Below, piece after piece: positions 10,501-20,000 of a DNA stretch of 20,000 nt. The notes under the pieces were generated by a model that had not been told where the DNA came from, did no database searches, and worked only from the letters and a program-made list of their open reading frames with translations. The first letter of the stretch is position 1. Each line of letters begins with the position of its first letter. The stretch comes from Seison nebaliae. Taxonomy: Eukaryota. The stretch lies in assembly GCA_023231475.1 (NCBI GenBank), contig JALJEE010000736.1:60996-80995 (forward strand). The letters are read 5' to 3'. The position numbers and the translations under genes are program-made.

Positions 10501-12020
10501 TTCAACCCTTTTCTTCTTTTCGTCACAGCAAATTTGTTATCGCTTTCCATTTTCTTTCCTAAGGAAATATGAAAAAAAGGAAACCATTCCCGATTTTTTT
10601 TTCTTTTGCCCAAATCTGAAAGTAAAGGAAGTAAATTTTCAAGATGGGAAAAAGAAATCGAGAATAGTTTCCTTTATTTTATATGTCCTTAGGAAAGAGA
10701 AATGTCCGGGATAACCTCCTTTTACCATTGTTTTTGGTAGTCTTTCAACCTACGCTTCAAATCGTCCCTATGTTTAATAGAATACCAAATAACATATTTG
10801 TAGACTATCTGAATTGACTTGATCTGATAATTGTGATTTTCATGTTTCATCAGATACAGAATGAAGTTAACTGAATGATTCTTTTCCACCAGACATTTGA
10901 TATCTTCTTCTGTTCTGCTGTATAAGGAATACTGATCCGAGTTTCGAAAGACGAGCGACTCGAATCAATAATTCCCATCAAATGTGAAATGCTTTGTATA
11001 AAGAATAATTAAAATATTTCATTTATTTATGTTCTATTTATAATCGATGTATGCACTCTCATGCAACGTGTCAATAATTAATTGGATCATCTATCTCAAA
11101 TTTATTTTAATACATTTTTATTGCACTACATACAAATCATCAATTTACACGTGTATCTACATGTCTAATGCAACGTGTATAGGTTGGGTAGGATGAATGA
11201 CACGTATGTGCATTCACAAACATTTACTTCACATGCAAACATGAATGAATAAATCAAAAAACATAAAACTCAATTCCTCTAATCATTTAGATACAAAACA
11301 ATCCAAATTGATAATAAGTTCTATACAGATACAGGATGTACCAAATCTGTTAAATGAATGAATCTAGTTCACACTTCGGTTCGAGTCCAGACATAATTTG
11401 AAATCATTTTCTTTTATGAAATAAAAAGTTTTTAGAGATAGACATCAATTAAATGAATAATTTTTAAGGTAAATCTTAAATTATAATATAGACTTAACTG
11501 TGTCTAAAGTCAATATAATCTTATTTATTTCTCATTTTTTCCTACAACGAAGAATTTGAATACAACTAATTTTAGGATTGTGACGATTGAGAGATAGATT
11601 GATTTTTTTGACCGTTATTACGATTCTGTTCGTCCTTTCAAATAGTAAAACTATTTTCAAAGATATACAGCACACATTGACGTGTTGACTAAAACTTTTT
11701 CATGTTGTTCAATTGTGCTTTCAAGCTGTTCTTAACACGATGAGGTTGAAACTACTTCCTTACAGGGTAACTCGTAATGGTGTCCAAACGATAACGAAAA
11801 GTTATAAGAAAAAAACGATTTGATTTTAGAAGGGGAAAAAATCCATATTGTCTTTTTCGCTTTCTATACATAAGCTTATCGTTCTATTTTGGCAAAAAAG
11901 AGAAATATACTCCTTTGATGTTTGCCTCTGAAATTTAAGTTTTTGAAATAAGCCTGATACTTATTCTCTTATTCTTCACAACAAGTTCGTCCTGATAAGT
12001 CCATTTTATAACTTTCGATA

Positions 12021-12240
12021 ATGCCTCGTCCACCAGCGTAAACAACTTTAGTTCCTCTCATTCAAACTAACCAAGAAGTTTCCGAATTAATTCTTAATTC
12101 TTGGGATATCTTTGAAAATACGAACTATAACGATGAAGCCCTAAAATTCTGCACAAGATTAGGTTTAATCGCCAATAGCACAATTTGTTGTTGGAAGTAA
12201 ATGCGATTGCAAACAGAAAACAACAAATTTGATTGAAAAT
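12021..12240 (+). mobile_element. N-terminal remnant of a Merlin/ISXO2 (IS1595-like) transposase
   Basis: MPRPPA*TTLVPLIQ...WDIFENTNYNDEALKFCTRLGLIANSTICCWK*MRLQTENNKFD* resembles the 'a..f...GLl....C.Cg..M.l.....DG..WRC' Zn-ribbon start of these transposases. It has three in-frame stops and no DDE core. Confidence 0.5.
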
Positions 12241-12821
12241 TAGATTATTTAAAACATTTCGGTGTAATTAAATTCAATAGACAGTGGATATGTTCAGTTA
12301 ACGGCTGTTGTGCATTTTCATGATAATGTATAATTTCCTTTGTCAGTGAATCATGCTTATCAGATTCGCTTATTGCCATAATTTGAATAGTTTCTTGCTT
12401 CTTTTTCGTTAAAGGAATTTCTTCTTGAGAATTATAAGCAGGAGGAGGAAAGAAAAAAAAGAAAAGATAAATGAGTACAGATCACTTGCAATTTATTTTA
12501 GAGAATGAATTTTTTCTAATCCTCGTTCTTCTTTCCTGAAACTGAATAAATAAATATCCATTTATTTTAATTAACAAATACTAATTCAAAATAGACAGAA
12601 CTTCAGAATTTAAGTTCGTAACTATTGAATAAAATAGTTTTTTATTATCATATGTATTTTTCATTTTTTTAAAAAAAGTTTAAAATTATTCAAAATAATT
12701 TTTACTAACGCTAACTATTTGTTTGGGAAAATGTTTTTCCGTTCTCAAAAAAGTGTTGTATAGTGGATTTAAAATATTTTATTTATTACTATTTAATATT
12801 TTTTGAAGAAAAATTAATGAC

Positions 12822-12830
12822 TGGCGGGAA
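12822..12830 (+). promoter_or_regulatory. E2F-like site upstream of DCTN2
   Basis: TGGCGGGAA, a GC-rich motif in very AT-rich DNA ~220 bp before the DCTN2 ATG. Confidence 0.35.
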
Positions 12831-13048
12831 TAATTCGTTTTCCTATTGTGCATCTGAAACGATTAATAATAATTCATTCATGTCCTTTGATCATCTCTAA
12901 ATCAGAGTAATTTACACGTTTTGGGTGAATTCACCTAATGAGATTGGTCCTTCTCTCTTTTTTTTTAATTGAATTAATTTCATAATAATTTTTAAAAATT
13001 TTCTTTTCATACAGTTTATTCAAATCAGATAATTATTTTGTGGTTGAG

Positions 13049-14212
13049 ATGAATGTGACAAGAAATTTGGAAGATGAACCGACACTTTATGAGAGCGTTC
13101 CGGATATAATTCCGATAAATTCTACCCTTCCAACAAGAAATACGAATGTGGACGGTTTAGTCGATTCTACAATCGACATGAAAACTGCTCGAATGAAATT
13201 CGTATTAGGTGACGGATTACCAATCGATGAAACTGGAGTAGCACATCTGTTTACACAACGAACATATTCGGGACCAGAAAGAATTTATTTATCGAAAGGA
13301 ACTGATAACGAAGACGAGAATTTAGTGGAGAAGATTCTCCGTCTACAATGCGAAGTGAATTCATTGAAAGTGTTAAATTTGAAAAATCTTTCGAAAAAAC
13401 AGATTGTTGAGGATAATTATAAGAAGGAATTAACTGAAGATGATTATAAGAAATTGGAAGAGACAATCGATCAATTAGATATGACAGCAAAGACAATGGC
13501 TTTAGATGAAGAATGTGCACCATTAGTGCACGAAAATGAAGAGATCATGAAAGAATCGACATTATCTAATTCTCAAACTGTTTTGTCGATAGAGAATTTG
13601 AAAAGAATATTATCCGAGTTAACAGATGAAAAAGAAGAAAGTGAAATGTTGAAGAAACTTAAAGAAAATTGTTGTGAAATTACCAGTAATTTGGAGAATG
13701 AACAATTGTCCAAATTGAACAGTTTATGGGAGAGATTAACAGACTTGTCGAAGATTGTGGGACGTAACAAAAATTTAGAAGCGCAATATCCCAATCATTC
13801 CTTATCGGATATTTTGAGCATCATTCATAATCAGTTACGAATGGTCGATGTGAATGTTGTCGTTTCCGTCGAATCTCAATTACGTTCCATCATTTCACTA
13901 TATGAGAATAAAGAACAAAAAGAAATTACGGAAGATCAAACAACAGCTACGACGAATAAAAAAGTTAATTGTTTATTGAAACATTTCGAAGAATGGAAAG
14001 AGAAAGTGCCAATTGTCGATTCCATCCTAAAACGGTTGGAAACCATAAAAACGATTAATGAGAAAGGAGCTGAACACGAATTTATGATTAGTCGATTGAA
14101 AGCTCAACAACAATTGACAAAGAAGAACAACGAAGAGTTGACGAAACAACTCGAGAGAATGGAAAAGAAAACGGATGAGTTAATGGAAGTGTTGAGAAGT
14201 GCGTCGAATTGA
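13049..14212 (+). CDS. DCTN2: Dynactin subunit 2 (p50 dynamitin), ~387 aa, intronless
   Basis: Coiled-coil protein of the expected size. Dynamitin-like segments EPTLYES (cf. EPDVYET), ENLVEKILRLQCEVNSL (cf. ETPQQKYQRLLHEVQEL) and KVNCLLKHFEEW...ILKRLETIKTINEKGAE (cf. KVHQLYE..RW...LVQRLVTIKQLHEQA). First ATG is at 13049 (the ORF track starts at GTG 13040). Confidence 0.85.
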   Translation: MNVTRNLEDEPTLYESVPDIIPINSTLPTRNTNVDGLVDSTIDMKTARMKFVLGDGLPIDETGVAHLFTQRTYSGPERIYLSKGTDNEDENLVEKILRLQCEVNSLKVLNLKNLSKKQIVEDNYKKELTEDDYKKLEETIDQLDMTAKTMALDEECAPLVHENEEIMKESTLSNSQTVLSIENLKRILSELTDEKEESEMLKKLKENCCEITSNLENEQLSKLNSLWERLTDLSKIVGRNKNLEAQYPNHSLSDILSIIHNQLRMVDVNVVVSVESQLRSIISLYENKEQKEITEDQTTATTNKKVNCLLKHFEEWKEKVPIVDSILKRLETIKTINEKGAEHEFMISRLKAQQQLTKKNNEELTKQLERMEKKTDELMEVLRSASN

Positions 14213-14597
14213 CGAAATGTCAAAAAATTGAAAATATTCGGTGAAAGAGAAATTTTTTTTTGAAATAAGCTTCTTTTATGCTTTTCATAATATTCCTGAG
14301 GACATTTATTATTTCCATTTATATTATATCAGAATCATTATATAAAAATATCAGAAATTTCAAAAAAAATTAATTTAAAATATAATACAAATTTTTTCCA
14401 TTTGAAATAAGACAGAAAGTTGAATAATTTCGTTTTTATCGACATCTCTTATCACTCGCCATAAACGGATGAGAACGATCAACAAAAATTGAAATTTTTC
14501 AACAAATCCATTTTTAATAAAAATTACGATAAAAGTTTTATCATAAAACTTTGAATAATCTATTTTAGTTGATTTAGTTGTGATATAATGATGAAAA

Positions 14598-15744
14598 TTA
14601 ATAAACTGGAATTCCTAAAGGAAATAATTTGTTTCGGAGTATTTCGTAGGCGGTTAAGAATTTGAATTGGAGAATTGCCCGATTTTTGAATTTGGTGAGA
14701 ATTCGATGAGAAAAAAATTTCATATTCATCACCACATAAAATCCGCAATTCGTATTGTCTTTCTGTTCGGACGTGTGAGGATATTTCAGTTGCCATTCGA
14801 ACTTTTTATTTTCGAACGCTTTAAAATTTGTCACGATGTTCAATCTCTTCGCCGTTTCTTGTAGTAGTTGGACGAGTCGTTCCACATACATGTGGTTGAG
14901 TCGCGGGAAGTATTTGATCGATTCGAACGATATCAAATATCCCTCATCTAAATCGAGAACATGTAACGTGTAATGTAAACCGGCGTCGAGAGTTCCGAAG
15001 AACGCCAAAAACCGTTGGTTGAAAATTTGAAATTCGGAGGTGGTTAGCGCAGGTACAAATGAATTCATTAAATTTATAGTTTTCGTATCATTGAATAATT
15101 CGTCGAAGTCTAAAGACATCCTGATAATTATTCATTTCTTTCATTTTCATTATGAAAGAGAGAAATAACAAATCGACAATTCTTGAAGTAAAACCGTACG
15201 AAATCTCATATTCAAGAGTTCCTACTTTAATGTAAGACAATTGGGAAAGTAATTTCATTATGGGAACATAAACGAAATCAGGTTGATTCAATTTTGAATC
15301 ACTGCAAATTTCATTATATCCATCTTTCCATAAGAAGTGTGGAATTGAAGGATAAAGTAAATAATTCAATTCTTCATCGATATCGGAGTGACGTCGATTG
15401 GGAATGTAATTGAAACTTCGATAATCATCAAGTTTTCCTGAAATGTTTAATGATTATTATTTTATTATTTATTTCTCAATTTATTCCGAGATAATTTGAT
15501 TTTATAATAAATAATTATAAATTATAATTATTATTAATATAAATAATTCATATATAAATAAAATTAAGAAACTTTTCGTCACACTCAATTCGGGTAAGTC
15601 TGTTAATTAAATAATTAATTGTATCGTTGAATGAATTATTTATGATGGAGATAACGTTGGAGAATGTCTGTTAAACTATATATGGAAATGGAGAAACGAT
15701 TTCAATGCGATATTAAATAAGAACTTTCTCTTTCCCACAACCAT
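14598..15744 (-). CDS. Divergent clan CE (Ulp1/SENP/C48-like) cysteine protease, copy A, ~285 aa
   Basis: Exons 15744-15725, 15675-15656, 15599-15573, 15437-15170, 15120-14598 splice in frame with GT-AG introns. Motifs GLHYTLHVLDLDEGYLISFES and EQKDNTNCGFYV: His 14975-14973, Glu 14924-14922, Cys 14747-14745. True start and a possible extra 3' exon are uncertain. Confidence 0.78.
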
Positions 15745-16009
15745 ATCTATATTATATATATGATATCCAAAATTCCAATTAACTACAATTATTTTACTGT
15801 TAATTTCATTTCGTTTAATTAATTAAAACTTAAATAATAAATAATCAACAAGTATCGTATGATAAACATCTAACAGATTGTACTTTAGTACAGAGAAAGA
15901 GAAACGAAACTGAAAAAAAAGAAGGTTAATTAAATTATTTAAAATCAAAATCTCCTCGTTCAATATATCAATCAATTTCTCATCATCAACAAATAAACTC
16001 TCTTGACAA

Positions 16010-16029
16010 TGTTGTTGTTGTTGTTGTTG
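16010..16029. repeat. (TGT)n microsatellite
   Basis: tgttgttgttgttgttgttg lies between the two protease genes. Confidence 0.85.
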
Positions 16030-16108
16030 AGAATGAAAGAGAAAATTATTCAATCAATATGGATTTAACATTGGAGATATTTTTATTTGAAAATGGAAAA
16101 GATGGTTT

Positions 16109-17230
16109 TTATTGGGAAAAGACGGGAAATAATTTATTGCGCCGGATCTCATAAGCCATCCTAAATTTCAATTGGTACAATTCGCGATTTTTGAAAATCG
16201 TCATTATACGATGGGCGAAGAATTTGAAGTTTATGAGAACGTAAAAACCACAATTCCATCGATCACTCTGTAGAGACGAGATTGGAGAGTATGATTTCCA
16301 GACGGTCTGCCGGTTTTCGAACGCTCGATTGGTTGTTTGAAGGGTTTGATTTCGAGCCGTCTCCTGTAATAATTCCATTAGATATTGGGCATAATGATTG
16401 TCGTGCATATACAATAGTCTCACCGATTCCATAAAGATGAAACGACCGTCGTCCAAATCGACTAGATTAAAAGTATAATGTTGTCCATTAGACGTTGTTC
16501 CGTAAATGACTAGATATTTCTCTCTTAGCGGTGGTAGACGAGTCTTCAATCTCATTTCCTTTAATATCGCCTTACTCAACGTATCGTTAATTCCTTTACG
16601 ATTCTCGTAGCTACAGAATATATTGTGATTAGAATAAAATTATTTTATGTCAAGTAAACTTTTCGAATGCTAAAGTAGTGAAATCGCCTGACGATTCATA
16701 AGGAAGGATGTCAAATTTAATAAAATTTAGTTCGCCCAGTAATTCCTTAAGCGGAAGGAATATGTCATCCGGATCGCTGAGACCAGCTTCACTCCCCAAA
16801 CTATTAAATTCGTCGTCTTCCCATGAATTGATAGGGACGGATTGGAATAGCATTCGATTCAACTCTAAATCCACTTGCGTTCGACCACTGAAGGGAAACA
16901 TATGGAACTGTCTAATGGCTCCTAAAATTCGATTGAAAGAAACGGAATATAATTTTAATTTTTATATATAATAATGAAACTTTTTAGTTGAACTAAGTCG
17001 GGTAATTCTACAAAGCACAAGAAAAGTAAAATATGTCTAGAAAATCCGAAATACCTTCACGTATTCTCCTTAGTCTACACACATAATTTGAATGAATGAT
17101 AAGGGAAAATTTGAACTTGTCTATATCTATCACAATGTGTTTGGGCTCTAAAAATATGAAACTCCCCGAAACGACAGTGCTAAATAACTGAAAGTTATTT
17201 GGGAGTTAACATTGTGACCATATTCAACTT
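16109..17230 (-). CDS. Divergent clan CE (Ulp1/SENP/C48-like) cysteine protease, copy B; 5' end unresolved
   Basis: Exons 17230-17189, 17147-17117, 17074-17055, 17007-16981, 16921-16660, 16610-16109 splice in frame. Motifs GQHYTFNLVDLDDGRFIFMES and LQSDRWNCGFYV: His 16480-16478, Glu 16429-16427, Cys 16252-16250. Clearly paralogous to copy A (LLQETA, AFEN, KFF.HRI.T.FKNR, AYEI.RNKLFP). No in-frame ATG was found upstream of 17230. Confidence 0.78.
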
Positions 17231-17702
17231 CTAACAAAAATTCCACAACCATTCAACATAAGGACAACCAAATAGATAGAATGAAAGAAAAAAACAACAA
17301 TGAATGAAACAAAAAAAATTTTATGTTTCTAATTCACTTTACATCGCTATTTATACAAATGTGCCCACGAAATAATGTTTTAATTATTTTCAATTTCATT
17401 ATTAAATTGTAATTGTTTAATTTTCACACGAAATTTTTCCTTCGTTTCCAATCAAATCAAGCTACGTGTCATTTTGACAAAACAATCGTTACATTCCAAC
17501 TCATATACGATTCCTGTTCAAGCGCATTTATTTTTTCTCCTTTGTTGATTATGTTGACTAAATGATATCTTTCTCGCGTAGAGAATTACGGAAATTTTAT
17601 CCATTCCATCATTTTTAATAGCCTGCCATTTTATTATTATTATTTATTGATTAAAATTCTCGTCGGAATAATTATTATTATAATTTGTTATTATTTAATT
17701 TA

Positions 17703-17987
17703 TTAAAATTCCCGACGGGATAAATGGGAAAAAGAATTTAAAAAATTACGATCATCGCCAGCATCGATCAGGTGGTGTAATTCGGTAAGAGATTCCCGAT
17801 CAATTGGCATTGATGAAGATGGGTAGTAGGAAAAAATAAAAGTAGTAGTAGAAAAAAATGTAATAAAATTTCGATCTTCGCCACTGTTGATCAATCGGTG
17901 TAATTCCGTGTTTATGTATAATCTCAAATTTGAATGAACGTTCATTGGGCCTATTGGTTGATTATATTGTAGGAATGCGAATGACAA
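17703..17987 (-). other. Short ORF with an internal duplication; hypothetical, possibly 5'-truncated
   Basis: TELHRLINSGEDRNFITFFS and TELHHLIDAGDDRNFLNSFS occur 41 codons apart. The ORF starts at TTG next to the LTR-like segment. Confidence 0.35.
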
Positions 17988-18005
17988 TTGTCTGTGGAGT
18001 GTAAG

Positions 18006-18353
18006 TGTTAGCGCATTAACGCGCTATGTACATTCCACAGTCAAGTGCAATCAATCATCCAAACTATCATCCTTACTATCAGTGTGAATATTATTCACAC
18101 CTTCACGCACCGCACACAAAGGATCGATTGTTTAGACCATTGTACAAGAAGTACTCGTACTTACTATCTTGTACGTGTACTTCTGTAACGTACTAGTACA
18201 TCTCTCTCTCACCCCCATCGTCCTCGGACAGCCTCGAGGACTATAAATACTTGGGAAGATTCCAGAGTAGGATCGACTTTTATATTCTCATTTTCGTTCA
18301 TATATATATTTTACTGCTCCTAATAAACTATATTCTTCAACGAGCCCGTAACA
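18006..18353 (+). mobile_element. Solo-LTR-like element (~348 bp)
   Basis: Bounded by TGTTA...TAACA (extends to an 8-bp inverted repeat AAGTGTTA/TAACACTT). Raised GC, TATAAATA at 18242-18249, AATAAA at 18322-18327 about 25 nt before the terminal CA. No target-site duplication is visible. Confidence 0.55.
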
Positions 18354-18360
18354 CTTCATT

Positions 18361-18530
18361 TTTCTTTTATTTTTGATATTTTTGTTTTATATTTGATATT
18401 TTTCTTCTATTTTTGATATTTTTCTTCCATTTTTGATATTTTTCTTCTATTTTTGATATTTTTCTTCTATTTTTGATAATTTTCTTCTATTTTTGATATT
18501 TTTCTTCTATTTTTGATATTTTCCTTCTAT
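18361..18530. repeat. 20-bp minisatellite, ~8.5 copies
   Basis: Unit TTTCTTCTATTTTTGATATT repeated head-to-tail with few substitutions. Confidence 0.95.
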
Positions 18531-18843
18531 TATTCTTATTTTTTTTTTATTTTAAAATCAAATCCCCTCGGGGTAAATTAAAAAGAAAATGAGATAGATC
18601 GCTGTACAGATTGTCAGTGATAAGTTTTCTTCCAATGACGATTTCATAAATATCGAAGTTAGAAGAAATGTAAAGAGCTTCATCGAAATATTCAGGAACA
18701 TCAATCGAATAATAAGAACAAAAGAAGATAACCGGAATGAAAAAATTTTTGCACTGGAGAAAAGATGGAAATGAAAAATCAGATTCCTCAATAGACTGAA
18801 TTATTTTTAAACATCTTTGAAAAAATGAGAAGAGGAAAGGTTT

Positions 18844-20000
18844 TTAATCCGCAGATATAAAACATAAATGCTCTATTAAATGGCTTACATTGTAGGCCTG
18901 TAGGTTATAAGCCTTACAACAACCGAGAAGCATTCTAATTACTCTATTAATTGTACGATCGAGAGATAGCAACGACTTTTTAGTGTCGGACAAAGAAACG
19001 GCTAGCCCATAAAAATCGCAACAGTAAGTGAAGAATAAGTTGATTTTCAATTCAATCCAGAAATATTTGCAACGATGATGAAACAGATAAAAAGATCTAA
19101 GAAACTTACATCTAATTTCATCGGTCGTCGCTAAGCTTTTCTTCTTATTATCAATTGTCATATCCAGAAAAATTACGTTCTTCTCAATTAATTTTTTCAT
19201 ATCCCCATCAATGGAAGGAAGAGAAATGTCAGTTAAGATTTTTGATTTCTCTTGATTACAAACGATACATCGCTCAGATAACTTGGAACTAATAAATACA
19301 ATTCGTTCCTTACATTGTTTCACATTATGTCACAAATGAGAATGTAATCAGAATAAATTAAAGGATAAGTTATTGTTAGCATCAGTAAAGTTTAAGGAGA
19401 AGAATCAGTAAAGGTAACGTTCATCTGCAACTTTCACGATAAGCGAATTGAAATACCGAGGAATACAATTCGGATGTGTAACGATTTTTTATAACTTGTT
19501 CAATAATCTTAATCAGACCATTAGCAATGCAAATTGGTCTGTAAGAAGATACATCGGACAGAGATTTTCCATGACCCTTATAGACAGAAACAATCGAGAA
19601 AATTCTTAAGAAATTGAAATCGACGTTCCCGAGAAGAATTTCATTGATATAATCAACCAATAGACCCAACGAACGTTCATTCAGATTTGAGATTATACAT
19701 AAACAGACATCATCTTCCCCATTCATGGATGACATTGAGATACATACTTCCGAAAGAGTAACCAAAAGAAATGGACGAGGCGAATTCGAAACGTCAATCG
19801 GACAATAGGCTAAATCGGGATCGAACATAGATGGTTCAAAGAAACATTTGAATTTATCAATTTCAATATCCGATGATGTGGTGGTACTTTTCTTCATTAA
19901 AGACCAGAATTTCGAAGAGTTGCATCTTGAAATAATATCATGATATTTCTGTTGTTCAGCTCTTCTAACTAGATCTCTTACAGCATTCCTAAATTTCTTA
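18844..20000 (-). mobile_element. Decayed non-LTR retrotransposon (LINE) ORF2 / reverse transcriptase, continuing beyond the right edge
   Basis: Linker KKFRNAVRDLVRRAEQQKY...SKFWSLMKK; RT N-terminal motifs VYKGHGKSLSDVSSYRPICIANGLIKIIEQVIKNR...QFAYR, then a stop at 19421; degenerate YADD (YSDYILIC, 19355-19332); NQEKSKIL and VIFLDMTID (RT domains 6-7); C-terminal LFFTYCCDFYG. Confidence 0.88.

Noticed and set aside
13251..14864. ORFs 13251-13523, 13573-13794, 14560-14796, 14667-14864
   Set aside because: Antisense or alternative frames of DCTN2 and protease copy A.
15823..16053. Poly-Gln ORF between the protease genes
   Set aside because: TTG start, the poly-Q comes from a microsatellite, and there is no counterpart beside the other paralogue.
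18361..18530. CRISPR-like array
   Set aside because: Units are contiguous with no unique spacers, and the context is eukaryotic; it is a minisatellite.
14598..20000. Proteases as cargo of a Polinton/Maverick, Mutator or the adjacent LINE
   Set aside because: No integrase, pPolB, ATPase, capsid or MULE transposase and no enclosing TIRs in the window; the genes carry multiple host-type short introns.
1..20000. Alternative genetic code or stop-codon readthrough
   Set aside because: All host genes translate cleanly with the standard code once introns are removed; in-frame stops occur only in decayed transposon relics.

Overview
AT-rich eukaryotic (probably compact invertebrate) genomic DNA with very short spliceosomal introns (mostly 41-59 nt). 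Host genes: an 18-exon prosaposin (minus, 5803-2205, ~823 aa, SapA + 7 SapB + SapA, all introns phase 0), an essentially intronless ABCD4-type half ABC transporter (minus, ~8425-6353) only ~550 bp upstream of it with a CLEAR-like box in between, and an intronless dynamitin/DCTN2 (plus, 13049-14212). Next are two tandem, divergent Ulp1/SENP-fold (clan CE) protease paralogues (minus, ~15744-14598 and ~17230-16109). Both have a His-Glu-Cys rather than His-Asp-Cys triad and share a micro-exon-built N-terminus. The rest is transposon debris: possible Gypsy protease, Tc1-like and Merlin/ISXO2-like remnants, a hairpin-rich solo-LTR-like segment, a 20-bp minisatellite and a decayed non-LTR reverse transcriptase running off the right edge. 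Most notable: the His-Glu-Cys protease pair and the dominance of GTT 5' splice sites (23 of 26 modelled coding introns). All gene models and family calls are by eye; no database searches were run.
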